This document shows positions 1-12,310 of a stretch of DNA of 64,000 nucleotides, one piece after another. Origin of the DNA: Felis catus (taxonomy: Eukaryota). The translations under genes and the position numbers were made by a program. Position 1 is the first letter of the stretch. Every line of letters begins with the position of its first letter. The notes under the pieces were generated by a model. That model searched no databases. It was not told where the DNA came from and saw nothing but the letters and a program-made list of their open reading frames with translations. Where the stretch lies: NCBI RefSeq assembly GCF_018350175.1, contig NC_058368.1, forward strand, positions 92,382,001-92,446,000, in the 5' to 3' direction.

Positions 1-774
1 TGGCTCAGAGCCTGGAGCCTGTTTCCGATTCTGTGTCTCCCTCTCTCTCTGCCCCTCCCCTGTTCATGCTCTGTCTCTCTCTGTCCCAAAAATAAATAAA
101 CGTTGAAAAAAGAAAAAAAAAATTAAAAAAAAATATATATAGAATGAGGGGGCACCAGGGTGGGTCAGTTGGTTGAGCATCCGACTTCAGCTCAGGTCAC
201 AATCTCCTACTCCGTGAGTTCGAGCCCCACGTCGGGCTCTGTGCTGACAGCTCAGAGCCTGGCGCCTGCTTTGAATTCTGTGTCTTCCTCTCTCTCTGCC
301 CTTCCCCCGCTCATGCTCTGTCTCACTCTCTCAAAAATAAATCTAGAAAAAAAATTAAAAAAAATACAGAATGAGGAGCACCTGGGTGGCTCCATTGGTT
401 GTGTGTCTGCCTCTTGATTTCGACTCAGGTCATGATCCCGGGGTTGTGGGATCAAGCCCTGCGCTCAGCGTGGAGCCTGCTTAAGATTCTTTCTCTCCAG
501 GGGCGCCTGGGTGGCGCAGTCGGTTAAGCGTCCGACTTCAGCCAGGTCACGATCTCGCGGTCTGTGAGTTCAAGCCCTGCGTCAGGCTCTGGGCTGATGG
601 CTCAGAGCCTGGAGCCTGCTTCGGATTCTGTGTCTCCTTCTCTCTCTGCCCCTCCCCCATTCATGCTCTGTCTCTCTCTGTCTCAAAAATAAATAAATGT
701 TAAAAAAAAAAAAAAAAAAAAAGATTCTTTCTCTCCCTATGCCCCTCTCCCCCACTCGCACTCTCTCTGTCTAA

Positions 775-818
<44 letters not shown>

Positions 819-860
819 TAAAAAATAAATAAAAATAAATATAATAAAAATATAGAATCA
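1..860 (+). mobile_element. Cluster of four CAN-SINEs (1-130 partial, 148-365, 375-860 with nested young copy 500-722)
   Basis: tRNA-like heads, (CT)n, A-rich tails; nested copy has TSD aagattctttctctcc. Confidence 0.92.
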
Positions 861-895
861 ACATTTTATTTCCTTCATACATTTTTTTCTTTCAG

Positions 896-920
896 GTTAT
901 TTCAATTAAACGTGTAGTAA
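896..920 (+). pseudogene. Candidate micro-exon, phase 0->1 (VISIKRVV)
   Basis: atttttttctttcag| acceptor, |gtaagt donor at 921 (alternative gtaagt at 917). Confidence 0.4.
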
Positions 921-1183
921 GTAAGTGCATACTCACTGTTCAAAATTCTAACAATAGAGATGAGGTGAGATTTCCCCTTGACCCCTCTTCCCTGCTCACC
1001 TCCTCAGTCTGTTTCTTTTCAGGCACAATCACTGTCATCAGTGTAGTAAACATCCTTTCTGATCCATTTCTCTGAATATACATACACATATGCACACAGA
1101 GAAATACGTAATTTTGTTTTATATGTATTCTTACATGACTTAGGCCATTATCTGTGCTCTGGTCTGAAACTTACATTCTTCTT

Positions 1184-1392
1184 CTTTTTTTTTTTAAGTT
1201 TACTTATTTATTTTGAGAGGGACAGAGGTAGTGTGAGTGGGGGAGGGGCAGAGAGAGGGAGAATCCCAAGCAGGCTCTGGATGGTCAGTACGGAGCCCCA
1301 TGTGGGGCTGAAACTCATGTAACCTTGAGATTGCGACCTGAGCCAAAATCCAGAGTCAGTTGCGTAACTGACTGAGCCACCCAGGGACCCCC
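1184..1392 (-). mobile_element. CAN-SINE
   Basis: Reverse SINE; TSD acttacattctt/acttgcattctt. Confidence 0.9.
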
Positions 1393-1783
1393 TGACACTT
1401 GCATTCTTTACTTAAAAATATGCTCTAGACATCTATCCATGTCGGTCAGGGTTGATCAAACTGGGTAATTGGAGGGGAGTTTGATACACAGAACTTGATG
1501 GCCAGGGTATAGGTAAAGCATAGGGCCTGAGATCATTGGTTGTGAGGGTACTGTTACTACTGCTAGATGAGGCGGGGGTATGGTGGGGAGGAGTTGTGGG
1601 GGTAGGAAGGATGGAAGCAGGAGGGCAGAAGGGAAAGAGAGAGAGAGGGACAGAGAGAAGTGTAGAATGGGCTGCTGGCAGGGCTGAGATGGTCAGTGGA
1701 GGGAGGCAGCCATTGTGTCTACACCAATCCCATAGAGAGGGACCAAGGGGAATAAAAATCCTTCCCTCCTGCTCCTCCCTCTC

Positions 1784-2405
1784 TGTGATGGATTAAATAT
1801 TTGTGTTGCTCCCAAATTCATGTTTGAAGCTCTCACCCCCTACCTAATGGTATTTGCAGGTGGGGCCTTTGGGAGGCAATTAGGTTTAATTGAGGGCATG
1901 AGGGTGGGACCCCCATGATGGGGTCAGGCCCACCTAAGAGGAGACATGAGGGGGGTTGCTCACTCTCTCTCCACACGCATGCACTGAGGGACAGGCCACA
2001 GGAACAGTGGGAAAGGGGCCATGTGCAAGCTAGGAAAAGAACCCTCACCCCAAACCTAGCCTTGCCAAGCCTGGTTTTTCAACGTTCCAGGTTCCAGATC
2101 CAGGAGAATTAAACACCTCTTGGGGCGCCTGGGTGGCTCAGTCAGTTAAGCGTTCCACGTTGGCTCAGGTCATGATCTCACAGTTGGTGTGTTCAAGTCC
2201 CACGTCCGGCTCTGTGCTGGTAGCTCAGAGCCTGAAGCCTGATTTGGATTCTGTGTCTCCCCCTCTGTCTGCCCCTCCCTCCCTCATGCTCTGTCTGTCT
2301 CTCTCAAGAACAAACAAACATTAAAAAAGAAAAAGAAATAAATGCCTGTTGTTTAATCCCCCAAGCCTGTGGTATTTCGTTATGCAGCTCCAGCTGACTA
2401 ATACA
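1784..2405 (+). mobile_element. ERVL-MaLR solo LTR (MLT1A-like), split by a CAN-SINE at 2122-2340
   Basis: tgtgatggattaaat... start, ggtggggcctttgggagg motif, ...gtggtatttcgttatgcagc...gactaataca end. Confidence 0.8.
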
Positions 2406-2885
2406 TTCCCTCTGATCTTGGAAGAAGATTCTCATTGGCTGAACCTGATGGGAAGCTGGAGAATAAGAGAGTGTGTGTTGATGCAGTCCATACACATCAG
2501 CATCCCAGGGAACGGGCACATTCATATAGATTTTAATTCGTACAGTAAATTTTAGTACCTCCATATGATAGCTATTGTTCTAGGAGCAAGAGAATAAGGT
2601 AAAAAAAAAAAAAAAAAAAAAGCCACTGTCCATCAGAAGCTCACAGTTACCCTACTGCACAGAATGCAGAGTATTTCCTGGCTCCTGTGTACCAGGATTT
2701 GCTAATGATCTGTTTGTTATTGGTGGGAATTTATGCTACTTTGATTTTCTTCATCTAAACGGTGCTGTGTGACTATCCTTGTCCCTGCATCTTTCTGCAC
2801 GTGTCATAGTATTTCTCTCTGGCAGAGACTAAGATTGGTAGATGGAAGAAAATATGGGTATCTAATGTTAAATAGGCTGATCTAA

Positions 2886-3100
2886 GGGGCGCCTGGCTGG
2901 CTCAGTCGGTTGAGCATCTGACTCTTAATCTCAGCTCAGGTCATGATCCCAGGGTCGTGGGATCGAGCCCCATGTCGGGCTCCACGTTGAGCATGGAGCC
3001 TGCTTAAGATTCTCTTTCCTTGTCTCTTTGCTCCTCCCCTGCTTGTGTGCATACACTCTTTCCCCCCATCCCTCTCTCTTTCTATCTCTTTCAAAAAAAG
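2886..3100 (+). mobile_element. CAN-SINE
   Basis: ggggcgcctggctggctcagtc head, CT tail. Confidence 0.9.
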
Positions 3101-3329
3101 CTTAATCTAAAGTATGCTTCCTTCCTCAGACACAGTTGCTTTCATTCTCTCAGAGTTTTACCAGTCCAATAGGGGCAGGGGGGAGGGATAGTAGGTTAAC
3201 TGTTGTTTGAATCTGAAGCCTCCTGTCACTTGAGTTAGAACCTTTAAATGTATGTACAGCTGTCGGTGTTTATCTTTTGTGAATTGCCTTGCCTGTTCAT
3301 AACCTTTGGCTATTTTTTTTAACTCAATT

Positions 3330-3577
3330 TTTTAAAAATGTTTTTATTTATTTATTTTTGACAGAGAGAGAGACAGAGAGAGAGAGACAGAGAGAGAGAG
3401 CGCACACATGCGCACACAAGTGGGGGAGGGGCAGACAGAAAGGGAGACACAGAATCCGAAGCAGGCTGAGCTGTCAGCACAGAGCTGGATGTGAGGCTCG
3501 AACCCACGAACTGCATGCAAGATCATGACCTGAGCCGAAGTCAGCCGCTCAACCGACTGAGCCAGCCAGGCGCCTCT
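3330..3577 (-). mobile_element. CAN-SINE
   Basis: Reverse SINE with (GA)n. Confidence 0.9.
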
Positions 3578-4392
3578 GGCTATTTTATTTTTTAGATTCA
3601 TTGTCTTTTTTTTATTTATTTCTAAGACATCTTTATGTATTTTAGGTTATTATTCTCAAGTCTTGTCCTGTTTGCTTCAGTAACACTGTCTCCCAGGCAT
3701 TCTGTTGTGTTTGTACTTGGGGCCTCTTAGCCAGGGCGCTGATTTTCTTCTAACGTTAGGCCACACGTGCTCACCCTGTAATTAAGATTCCCTCTTTGCT
3801 CCCCTGTGAATGTATCATCTCTTCGTGACACCCATTCTCCAAGGACTATGGGGGGGGACTATGCCGGTAGGTAGAACATACCAGTAGTTCTTCTCCTGGG
3901 AATGCAATCCTCCTTTTTCTGGGGGCGAGTGGGGGATTGCCAGTCACTAGGGGGCACTGTCCTAATGCACCAGCTCATGTAATGCCCTCATCACTCCAGT
4001 CTGGGGCCGAAGCCTATCTTGCTGAAGCTGGGCATGGAGAGCTTGGTCAAGGGTAGGCCACTGGTTGCTTCTGCTGTGGGGTTCTAACCGGCCACACTGC
4101 CAGCCTCACAGGGACCCCCTCCTCTGTGTCCTCCTCCTCTGAGCTAGGTGTTCCCTGGGATCATTCCCACCTTCCGTGGCTGACCCTTTCTCGTGGATGC
4201 TATGGGCCACGGTTTCCCATTTCTCTCAGATCCCATTTGCCTTCTGTTTTTTATGGGGTCCTTGGAGATTATGTGCCGGAGAATACCCCTCCTTGTTTTT
4301 CATGGTGATTACAGAATTCACATCTATTTTTTATATTCTGCTGTGACCAGAGATTTGCAGCCAGAGGGAGAAGCCTGGAGCATGATCTAGCC

Positions 4393-4608
4393 CAGGGGTT
4401 GCCAAACTTTTTCTGTAAGGGCCAGGTAGTAAATATTTGAGTCTTTGCAGGCCACATGGTTTCTGTCACAACTGTGCAGCTTCGCCTTTGTGCGAAAGCA
4501 GCTGTCAGTGATAATTGATGCATGGATGGGGCCGTGCTCCAATCAACCCTATTTATAAAACAGGCGTCAGACGGGATTTGACCCACAGGCCCTTGTTGCA
4601 CACATCTG
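4393..4608 (+). mobile_element. hAT-Charlie MITE, MER58A-like
   Basis: caggggttgccaaactttttctgtaagggccaggtagtaaatattt start. Confidence 0.8.
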
Positions 4609-5809
4609 ACCTAGACACCCCCCTTTTTTTTTTTTGTAACGGATGAGCAGTCGGACGCCAAGAGAAGAGATTTGCCCCAAGCTGCTCAACGAGTGAGAGG
4701 AAGAGCTAGATTAGCCGCCTCTTCTGTATACTTATCTGTGAATCTGTGAGCTCTGTGCTGTTTGTTAGAGAGATACCTCAACATGTCTTCCTTGGAAACA
4801 AGGACATTACTTTCAACTTCCTACTTTGTGTTCTGTGACTGGAAGGCAAATAAAGCTCAGGCCAGGTGACCTGGGGAGCTTCTGGAAAGTCAGACACCAG
4901 GCGGGGGAGGGGTTGTGCGTGGTTGGGTTATCGGCATTAGGACCGACAGGGCGCTTTCGTCCACATTTTGGGTTTCCCTTTTATGAGCTGTGGAGACATT
5001 TGGCAAGATTCATGAAGCTTCAAGTATCCGAGCTCTTCTGAGACAAGACTTTAATATGACCATAAATGTTATTTACTCTGTTTTAGTCTGTGGCCCCATG
5101 AGGGATGGGACTTGGTACCATGGTGGAAGCCGCCTTTTTGTCCAGCTTTGGGCAATTGGAAAGGGCTCATATGTGAAGTTTGGGTTGAGGGTTGAGTCTG
5201 TATTCTGCTGCTTATGAGCTGTGTGCTCTTGAAAACATTTCTTAAACTCCTTGCTTGTCATTCGAGGCACCCTAAAATGAAGATTATAATGCTGGCCTGC
5301 TAGGGTTGTTTTGAAGATTGAGCGAGATGATGTGTAAGAAGGTAATTGATACGTTGAAAAGCATTGTAAAAACCGAAGTTATTAGTATATGGATTGAGAA
5401 TAGAAGCCCCGATACAAACAGCGAATTAGTGCCAATGTCTGTGATTGGGTGTTTGAAATGCAGGGAGTGGGGCATATAAATGAAACAGTACCGGCTGAAC
5501 ATGTTAACGAGTGAGCCCGTATGACATTTAGTAGAAACTAAATGTTAATTTATTTCTGTTTACATTTTATTGTTCCCAGGAGCTTTATGTCAAGTTAGTG
5601 CATCTACTTTTAATCTTCTCACAATTATCTAGGCGAATAAATTAAACTTTCCTTCCACTGGGGGTGTTTAAATGAAGTGTCCCACTTAAAAACTCAACCG
5701 TACAAAATGCAATCCTGCTTTGATCTGAGGAATGCCACGGTGAAGTGAATTTCACTTGTTTGTTTTATGAAATCATTCTTCATGAGACTTCTGTTTAAAA
5801 TAAGGTGGT

Positions 5810-6265
5810 AGGACATCACGGTCAGAGGGTAGACTCCGGATCTAGAGTCCACCTGCCTTGAATTCCAGCTTCCACATTTACCACCTGTATCACTTGGGAC
5901 AAGATACTTACTCGCTGTTTCTCACTTCCTTCATCCATAAAATGGGGATAATAATAGTTCATGCCATTTTTTAATGGCTTTTTTTGGTAATGTTTGTTTA
6001 TTTTTTTAGAGCGAGAGAGCACAAGTAGGGAAGGGGCAGGGAAGAGTGGGGGACAGAGGATCTGAAGCAGGCTCTGTGCTGACAGCAGAACCCGATGTGG
6101 GGCTTGAACTCACAAACCACGAGATCATGACCTGAGCCAAAGTCCAATGCTCAACCAACTGAGCCACACAGGCACCCCTTTAATGGATTGTTTTAAGAAT
6201 TAGATGTGTCAGTGCATGTAAAACTATTCAGAACAGTACTTGGCATATAGTAAGAGCTCACTAAG
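5810..6265. mobile_element. MIR relic split by a reverse CAN-SINE (5980-6178)
   Basis: MIR core ccttcatccataaaatggggataataatag and tggcatatagtaagagctca. Confidence 0.7.
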
Positions 6266-6267
6266 TA

Positions 6268-7188
6268 CAGGCATACCTTAGAGATACTGAAGGTTCGGTT
6301 CCAGACCACCGCAAATAAAATGAATATTGCAAGAAAGTGAGTCAAATGAACTTTTTCGTTTCCCAGGGCACGTGAAAGTTGGTTTTACAGTAAGTATACT
6401 GTATTCTATTAAATGTGAAATAATGTTCTGTCTAAAAAAACTCATAATGTATATACTTTAATTTTTTTTCAATGTTTATTTATTTTTGAGAGACAGAGAG
6501 AGACAGAGCACGAGCAGGGAAGGGGCAGAGAGAGAGGGAGACACAGAATCCGAAGCAGGCTCCAGGCTCCAAGCTGTCAACACAGAGCCTGATGCAGGGC
6601 TTGAACTCACAAACTGTGAGATCATAACCTGAGCCAAAGTCAGATGCTTAACCGACTGAGCCACCCAGGTGCCCCAATAATGTATATACTTTCATTTAAA
6701 AATACCTTATAGGGCTCCTGGTTGGCTTAGTTGGTTAAATGTCTGACTCTTGATTTCAGCCCAGGTCATGGTCTCACAGTCATGAGATCGAGCCCTGAAT
6801 TGGGCTCTGTGCTGGCAGCGTGTATTCTCTCTCTCCCTTTCTCTGCCCCTCCCCGGCTTGTGCACACTTGTGCTTTCTCTCTCTCTCTCTCTCTCTCAAA
6901 AACACAACCCTTTATGGCTAAAAAAAATGCTAACCATCACCCGAGCTTTCAGTGAGTCATTATCACTAATCACAGATTGCCGTACCAAAGAGGGTAATAA
7001 TGAAAAAGCCTGAAATAATTGCAAAATTTACCAAAACACGACACAGAGACATGAAGTGGGAACACACTGTTGGAAAAATAGCACTGACAGTCTTGCTCTA
7101 TGCAGGGTTGCCACAAACTATTAATTTGTTAAAAGAATGCAAAATCTGCAAAGTGCAAGAAAACAAAATGTAATGAAATGAGGCCTGC
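6268..7188 (-). mobile_element. Internally deleted Tigger1 (TcMar) element with two inserted CAN-SINEs (6463-6675 -, 6711-6905 +)
   Basis: Terminus caggcataccttagagatactgaaggttcggttccagaccaccgc; opposite end gcagggttgccacaaac...tgaggcctgc. Confidence 0.82.
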
Positions 7189-7306
7189 CATATTAGTGCT
7201 TATGACCAACACTGTGCTACGCGTGGGGCTAAGACTCTAAGAGACCTGATGCATCTGTTAAGAGAGCAAAATGAGCAGATCTGGGATTTGAAAAGTGTTG
7301 TGTCCA

Positions 7307-7505
7307 GGGGCTCCTGGGTGGCTCAGTCGGTTAAGTGTCTAACTTCAGTTCAGGTCATGATCTCAAGGTTTATGAGTTTGAGCCCCGCATCGGGCTCTCT
7401 GCTATCAGCACAGAGCCCGCTTCAGGTATTCTGTCCCCCACTTCCTCTGCCCCTTCCCCACTGGTACTCTCTCTCTATCTCAAAATAATTAAATAAACTT
7501 AAAAG
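7307..7505 (+). mobile_element. CAN-SINE
   Basis: SINE head and tail. Confidence 0.9.
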
Positions 7506-7878
7506 AGAAGTATTCTGTCCTGAGTGACGTGGGGAGAAAGTGTTGGAGACACCCAGAGGCAAAACGGGGAAATGCTGAAGGATTGAAACTGATGCTTAAT
7601 TTTAAGAAAATGTTCAACAGGCCCTCAAGACCAGGGTTATGCTCTGCCTTTCCTTTTACGTCTGTGCAACCCTAAACTGCACAAGTGATGAGCGGCGAGG
7701 CCTGGTTTTGACCCCCTCCCCCAAATCTGTCTTTTTCTGTGGTAGGCCATCACCAGGCCTGTTCTCTTGGCAACATCTGGCAGCCCAATGGCATAGCAAG
7801 GAAGAGAGCACGGCAATAGCCCCGTTTCAGAAAGTGTTCTGTCTCTGCTAACAGCTGTGTTATGTTACTGTCACGCAG

Positions 7879-7928
7879 TGATACGTTTTGAACCTGAACT
7901 CGGGTATCGGCTCCCTTGACGCATGGTG
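7879..7928 (+). pseudogene. Candidate exon, phase 1->0 (xIRFEPELGYRLP*RMV)
   Basis: tcacgcag| and |gtgagt; 4 CpG in 50 nt; one TGA at 7917. Confidence 0.5.
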
Positions 7929-8101
7929 GTGAGTGGTATCCTTGGGTATGATGCTGATGTATCCTGGCTCCTCACATGCAAACTCCCAGGTCTAAAATAA
8001 GACAAGAGTTGGTGGGTCTGCAGTTGTTGGCTCCTCTGGATTGCAGGAGAGGACCCCTCCGTTCATGTAGGCTGCTGAAAATACTAAAACTCAGATGTAC
8101 C

Positions 8102-8556
8102 TTTTTTTTTTTTTTTAAATTTTTTTTCAACGTTTATTTTTTATTTTTGGGACAGAGAGAGACAGAGCATGAACGGGGGAGGGCAGAGAGAGAGGGAGGC
8201 ACAGAATCGGAAACAGGCTCCAGGCTCGGAGCCATCAGCCCAGAGCCCGACGCGGGGCTCGAACTCACGGACCGCGAGATCGTGACCTGGCTGAAGTCGG
8301 ACGCTTAACCGACTGCGCCACCCAGGCGCCCCATCAGATGTACCTTTTTTAAAAAAAATGTATGTATGTATGTATGTATTTTGAGAGAGAGAGAAAGAGT
8401 AGGGGAGGGACAGACAGAGCGAGGGAGGCAGAGGATTCAAAGTGGGCTCTGTGCTGACAGCAGAGAGCCCCATGCGGGGCTCGAACCCACGAACTGTGAG
8501 GTCATGACCTGAGCTGAAGTCGGACGCTTAACCGATTGAGCCACCCAGGCATCCCT
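8102..8556 (-). mobile_element. Two tandem reverse CAN-SINEs (young 8102-8332; 8345-8556)
   Basis: Target tcagatgtacctttt seen three times. Confidence 0.92.
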
Positions 8557-8774
8557 CAGATACACCTTCTTGAGGAGTGAGGGAGGTGGAGCAGATTGGC
8601 ATCCATACATGATCCTGAAATCCCTGGGTCTTGTACGTATTTTTGCATCACTTGTTTGCTTGTTCAGTGGGAAAAGAAAAAGTAATGTAACTCCAAGCAT
8701 CGTTCTCACCAATCTTTGTGCCCTGAACCATCTTTGGGCTGGCCTTTCTCTTACTGTCCTGCCTGAAATTCCAG

Positions 8775-8916
8775 GCTCAGACCCTCCTAAGACTCACGGG
8801 GTGGAGATTTCACTACCCTGAAGTTGTGGTTTTCACCACCAGCAAAGAGTCCGGAAGGATCACCTCACTGCGGGGAACTGGAATTAACTATATACGAAAC
8901 CTGACACTTTCCACAG
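8775..8916 (+). pseudogene. Candidate exon, phase 0->1 (AQTLLRLTGWRFHYPEVVVFTTSKESGRITSLRGTGINYIRNLTLST)
   Basis: Pyrimidine tract plus ccag|, cag|gtaacc donor, 47 codons with no stop. Confidence 0.65.
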
Positions 8917-9149
8917 GTAACCTTATCTTTGGAGTTTCTCTGTGGACCTTTTCTTAAAGATCTGAGAATGACGTCCTGCCTGCTTCAGATTCTTTGTCCC
9001 CAGCTCTCTCTGCCCCTCCCTGTGCACACATGCGTTCTTTCTCTCTCAAAAATAATAAACAAACAAACAAACAAAAGAAAATGAGAGAATTTTAGGCAAG
9101 AACAGCAGGCTTATGTGGCCCTCTTGTCTGAGGCTCCCCCCAGACCCCT

Positions 9150-9546
9150 AAGGTTGCTGGATAAAATTCAGGATGCCAAGTTTGATTTCAGATAAACAGC
9201 AAATACTTTTTAAGTATAAGCATGTCCAAAATACTGCATGAGACATATACTAAAAAATTACTCATTACTTACTTGGATTTCAAATTTAACTGGACATCCT
9301 GTATTGTTATTTTTTAAAGTTTATTTATTTGAGAGAGAGAGAGAGCGGGGGGAGGGGCAGAGAGAGAGGGAGAGAGAAAGAATCCCAAGCAGGCTCCACA
9401 CTGTCAGTATGGAGACCGACGTGGGCTTGAATTCACACACCATGAGGTCATGACCTGAGCTGAAATCAAGAGTCGGATGCTCAACTGACTGAGGCATTAG
9501 GTGTTCCTCCTGTATTGTTATTTTCTTTTGCTAAGTCAGGCAACCT
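9150..9546. mobile_element. MER53 palindromic hAT MITE split by a reverse CAN-SINE (9310-9508)
   Basis: aggttgctggataaaattcaggatgcc...aaatttaactggacatcctgtatt...ggcaacct. Confidence 0.78.
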
Positions 9547-9699
9547 CTCCCTTCTGTCCAGATCATCCCCTGCCCCGACAGCAGAATCGAGAATGCAGGG
9601 CTGGACAGGAAAACCAGTAACTTTACTGCCAGAGAGGGTGGACTTGATTTGAGGTGGGAGGTGGGGGTGAAAACCTGTGGATTTGTCGGCTGACAGTGA

Positions 9700-12310
9700 T
9701 GAACTTGGTGGGGAATGGGAAAAATCATCTGTTTTACTAATGTGACATTGCAGTTTTCAGGGTGAGTGTTAAGCCAGCCAGACACTTAATGGAGAAGCTG
9801 CAGAAATGAGATCAGCCCTCCAGACATCCCTGGCTGAATGGAAAACCACACAGATGCATGCAGGATTGCTGAGAGAGCTGAGGGGAAAATAAATCCCAAG
9901 GAAGACCTAACTGATTGAAAATTTGAATATATTCCCAGACTTATCAATCAGCAGAGGTGGGAAGCTTTTGGGGCATAAGATGTTTGAGTCCAACCTCTCC
10001 TCAATGTCTTGACTGACCCAGGAAGCTACGTAGACACAGGGGAATCCACTAAAAGGCCATAGTAAAAAATACAAATAAAAATTTTAAAAATCTGTCCAGA
10101 AATATCAGTGACTGCACACCACAGGGGAGACAGATTTTACAGTGTAAGTCCAGGCAAGTTACAAAGAAAAGGGAAAAAACAATCCTCAGGAAAATGAAAC
10201 AGAATTAAAGTCGTTACAACATATTATGTAGCATGTCTGGTTTTCAACCCCAAATTATGAGACATACAAGGAAGCAGGGAAGTGTGATCAATATTCAGAA
10301 AGAAAGCAATCAAGAGAAACTAATTCTAAATGGGCCCAAAGTCCTCTAAGCATCCATTATAAATATGTTCAAAAAAGTTAAAGGAAATTAGGTTTAATTA
10401 TCTTAAAAAACTGAATGAAAACAAGAAATTGCAAAAGAGAAATGGAAACTATAAAGTATACAAAAACAAAATGCTATCTAGCAGTGAAAAGTAAAATAAC
10501 CCAATGAAGAATTCAGCGGATAGGTTCAACAGCAGATTTGAGATGGCAGAGAAAAGAATAACTGATCCTGGAGACAGTAGTTATCCAATTTGGAGAACAG
10601 AGAGATGAAATGAGATTGAAGGACAGAGGCTCAGAGGCCTGGGGAATAATATCAAGATAAGTCACTAATATTTGTGATAAGAATCAGAGAGGGAGAGAAG
10701 AGAGAGAAGGCGGGGGGGGGGGAAGGAAGCATCAGTGACCCCCAAACTCCCCAAATTTGATGAAAACCTCTAACCTTCAGATTCAAGAAGCTCAAAAAAT
10801 TCCATTAAGGCTAAACACAAAGAGAAACACACCTAGTCACGTCATAGTGTAACTGTGGAAAGATGTAAAGAGCAAGTCTTGAAAGCAGCAAGGGAGAAAT
10901 GACGCATCATTAAAGAGAAACAACGATGTGGATAGTGCCTGACTTATCAGAATATAAAGGAGCCTAGGAGGCAGTGGAATAGAGTTAAAATGCAGAGAGG
11001 AAAGAGAGCGTCATTCCAAGAACTCCCCACCCAATAAAACTATTATTCAGAGAATGAGAGTGAAGCAGACTTCCCAAATTAACGAACACTGGGAGTATAC
11101 CTGCCCTATAAGAAGTACTGAGGGACGTCCTTCAGGATGAAAGGAAATGACAGTAGATAGTAACTCAGCTCCTCCAGAAGGAATGAAGAGCTCAGGAAGT
11201 GATAAAGATGTGGGTCAGTAGAAAAGACTGTGTATATAAAGTTGTTTCTCTTCTTATTTCTTTAAAAAGCATACCCTTGTTGAAAATAATAAATGTAAGA
11301 CTGATTTGGGCTTATAAAATAAGTAGATTTAATACTTACGATGATAATAGTATGGAATATGGGGGAGGGAATGGAGCTTACTGGATCAAATTTGCTATAT
11401 TTTACCAAAATTAAGTCACTGTTGGGGCACCTTGCTGGCTCAGTCCGTAGATCACATGACTCTTCATCTACAGGTTGTGAATTCAAGCCCCACATTGGAT
11501 GTAGAGATGAGTTAAAAAAAATAACATCATAAACAAAATTAAGTCAGTATTAACCTGAAGTAGATGGTGATGAATTAATGGTAAATTGTAATTCTAAGAT
11601 AACTAACTAAACACACGCACACACACACATGCACACACACACACACCACAAACCAAAACTAAGCTTAAAAATTAGTAAAGGAATTAAAATAGTATACTAG
11701 AAAAAAATATATTTAACAGAAAGGAAGGCAGTAAAAAATACAATAAATAGGACAAGACATGTATGGAAAACAAATGGCAAAATGTCAGACATCAGTTCAG
11801 CTACCTCAATAGTTACATTAACAGGCAGAGATGATCAGACTGGATAAAGAGCAAGATCCTACTGTGTGCTGTGTATAAGAGATTCAGGTTTGTTTAAAGA
11901 CACAAAATTGGTTGAAAATAAAGGGATGGGAAAGGCACAGCTTGCAAGAGTAGCCATAAGAGAGCTGGAGTGACTATATAAGTTTCAGACAAAATAGACT
12001 TTTTGACAAAGAATATTACTAGAATGAATGAGGAATATTTCTTAATCATAAAGGGCCAATACATCAGGAAGCTCTGACATTTATAAATGATTATATATTT
12101 AACAACATCTTGAAAGTACATGATATAACAGGACAGAATAGAAAGGAGAAGTTGACAGTTCAGCAATTACGGTTGGAGATTTCAGTAGTCCTCTCTAATT
12201 AATAGAATTACTAGATAGAAAATCGGTAAGAATGTAAAAGAAAATCACCGTCAACTTGACCTATCTGACGTGTATAGAATACATCCAACCACAGCATGAT
12301 ATGCCGTCTT
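9700..12310 (+). mobile_element. Old L1 5' portion (decayed ORF1 and start of ORF2 endonuclease), with a short SINE at 11424-11530
   Basis: ORF1 motifs ccccaaatttgatgaaa/cagattcaagaagctca/ttgaaagcagcaag; ORF2 motif tcagacaaaatagacttt. Confidence 0.75.

Noticed and set aside
5422..5510. Open frame RISANVCDWVFEMQGVGHINETVPAEHVN ending at a gtgagc donor
   Set aside because: No polypyrimidine tract at the acceptor and not needed for the phase chain.
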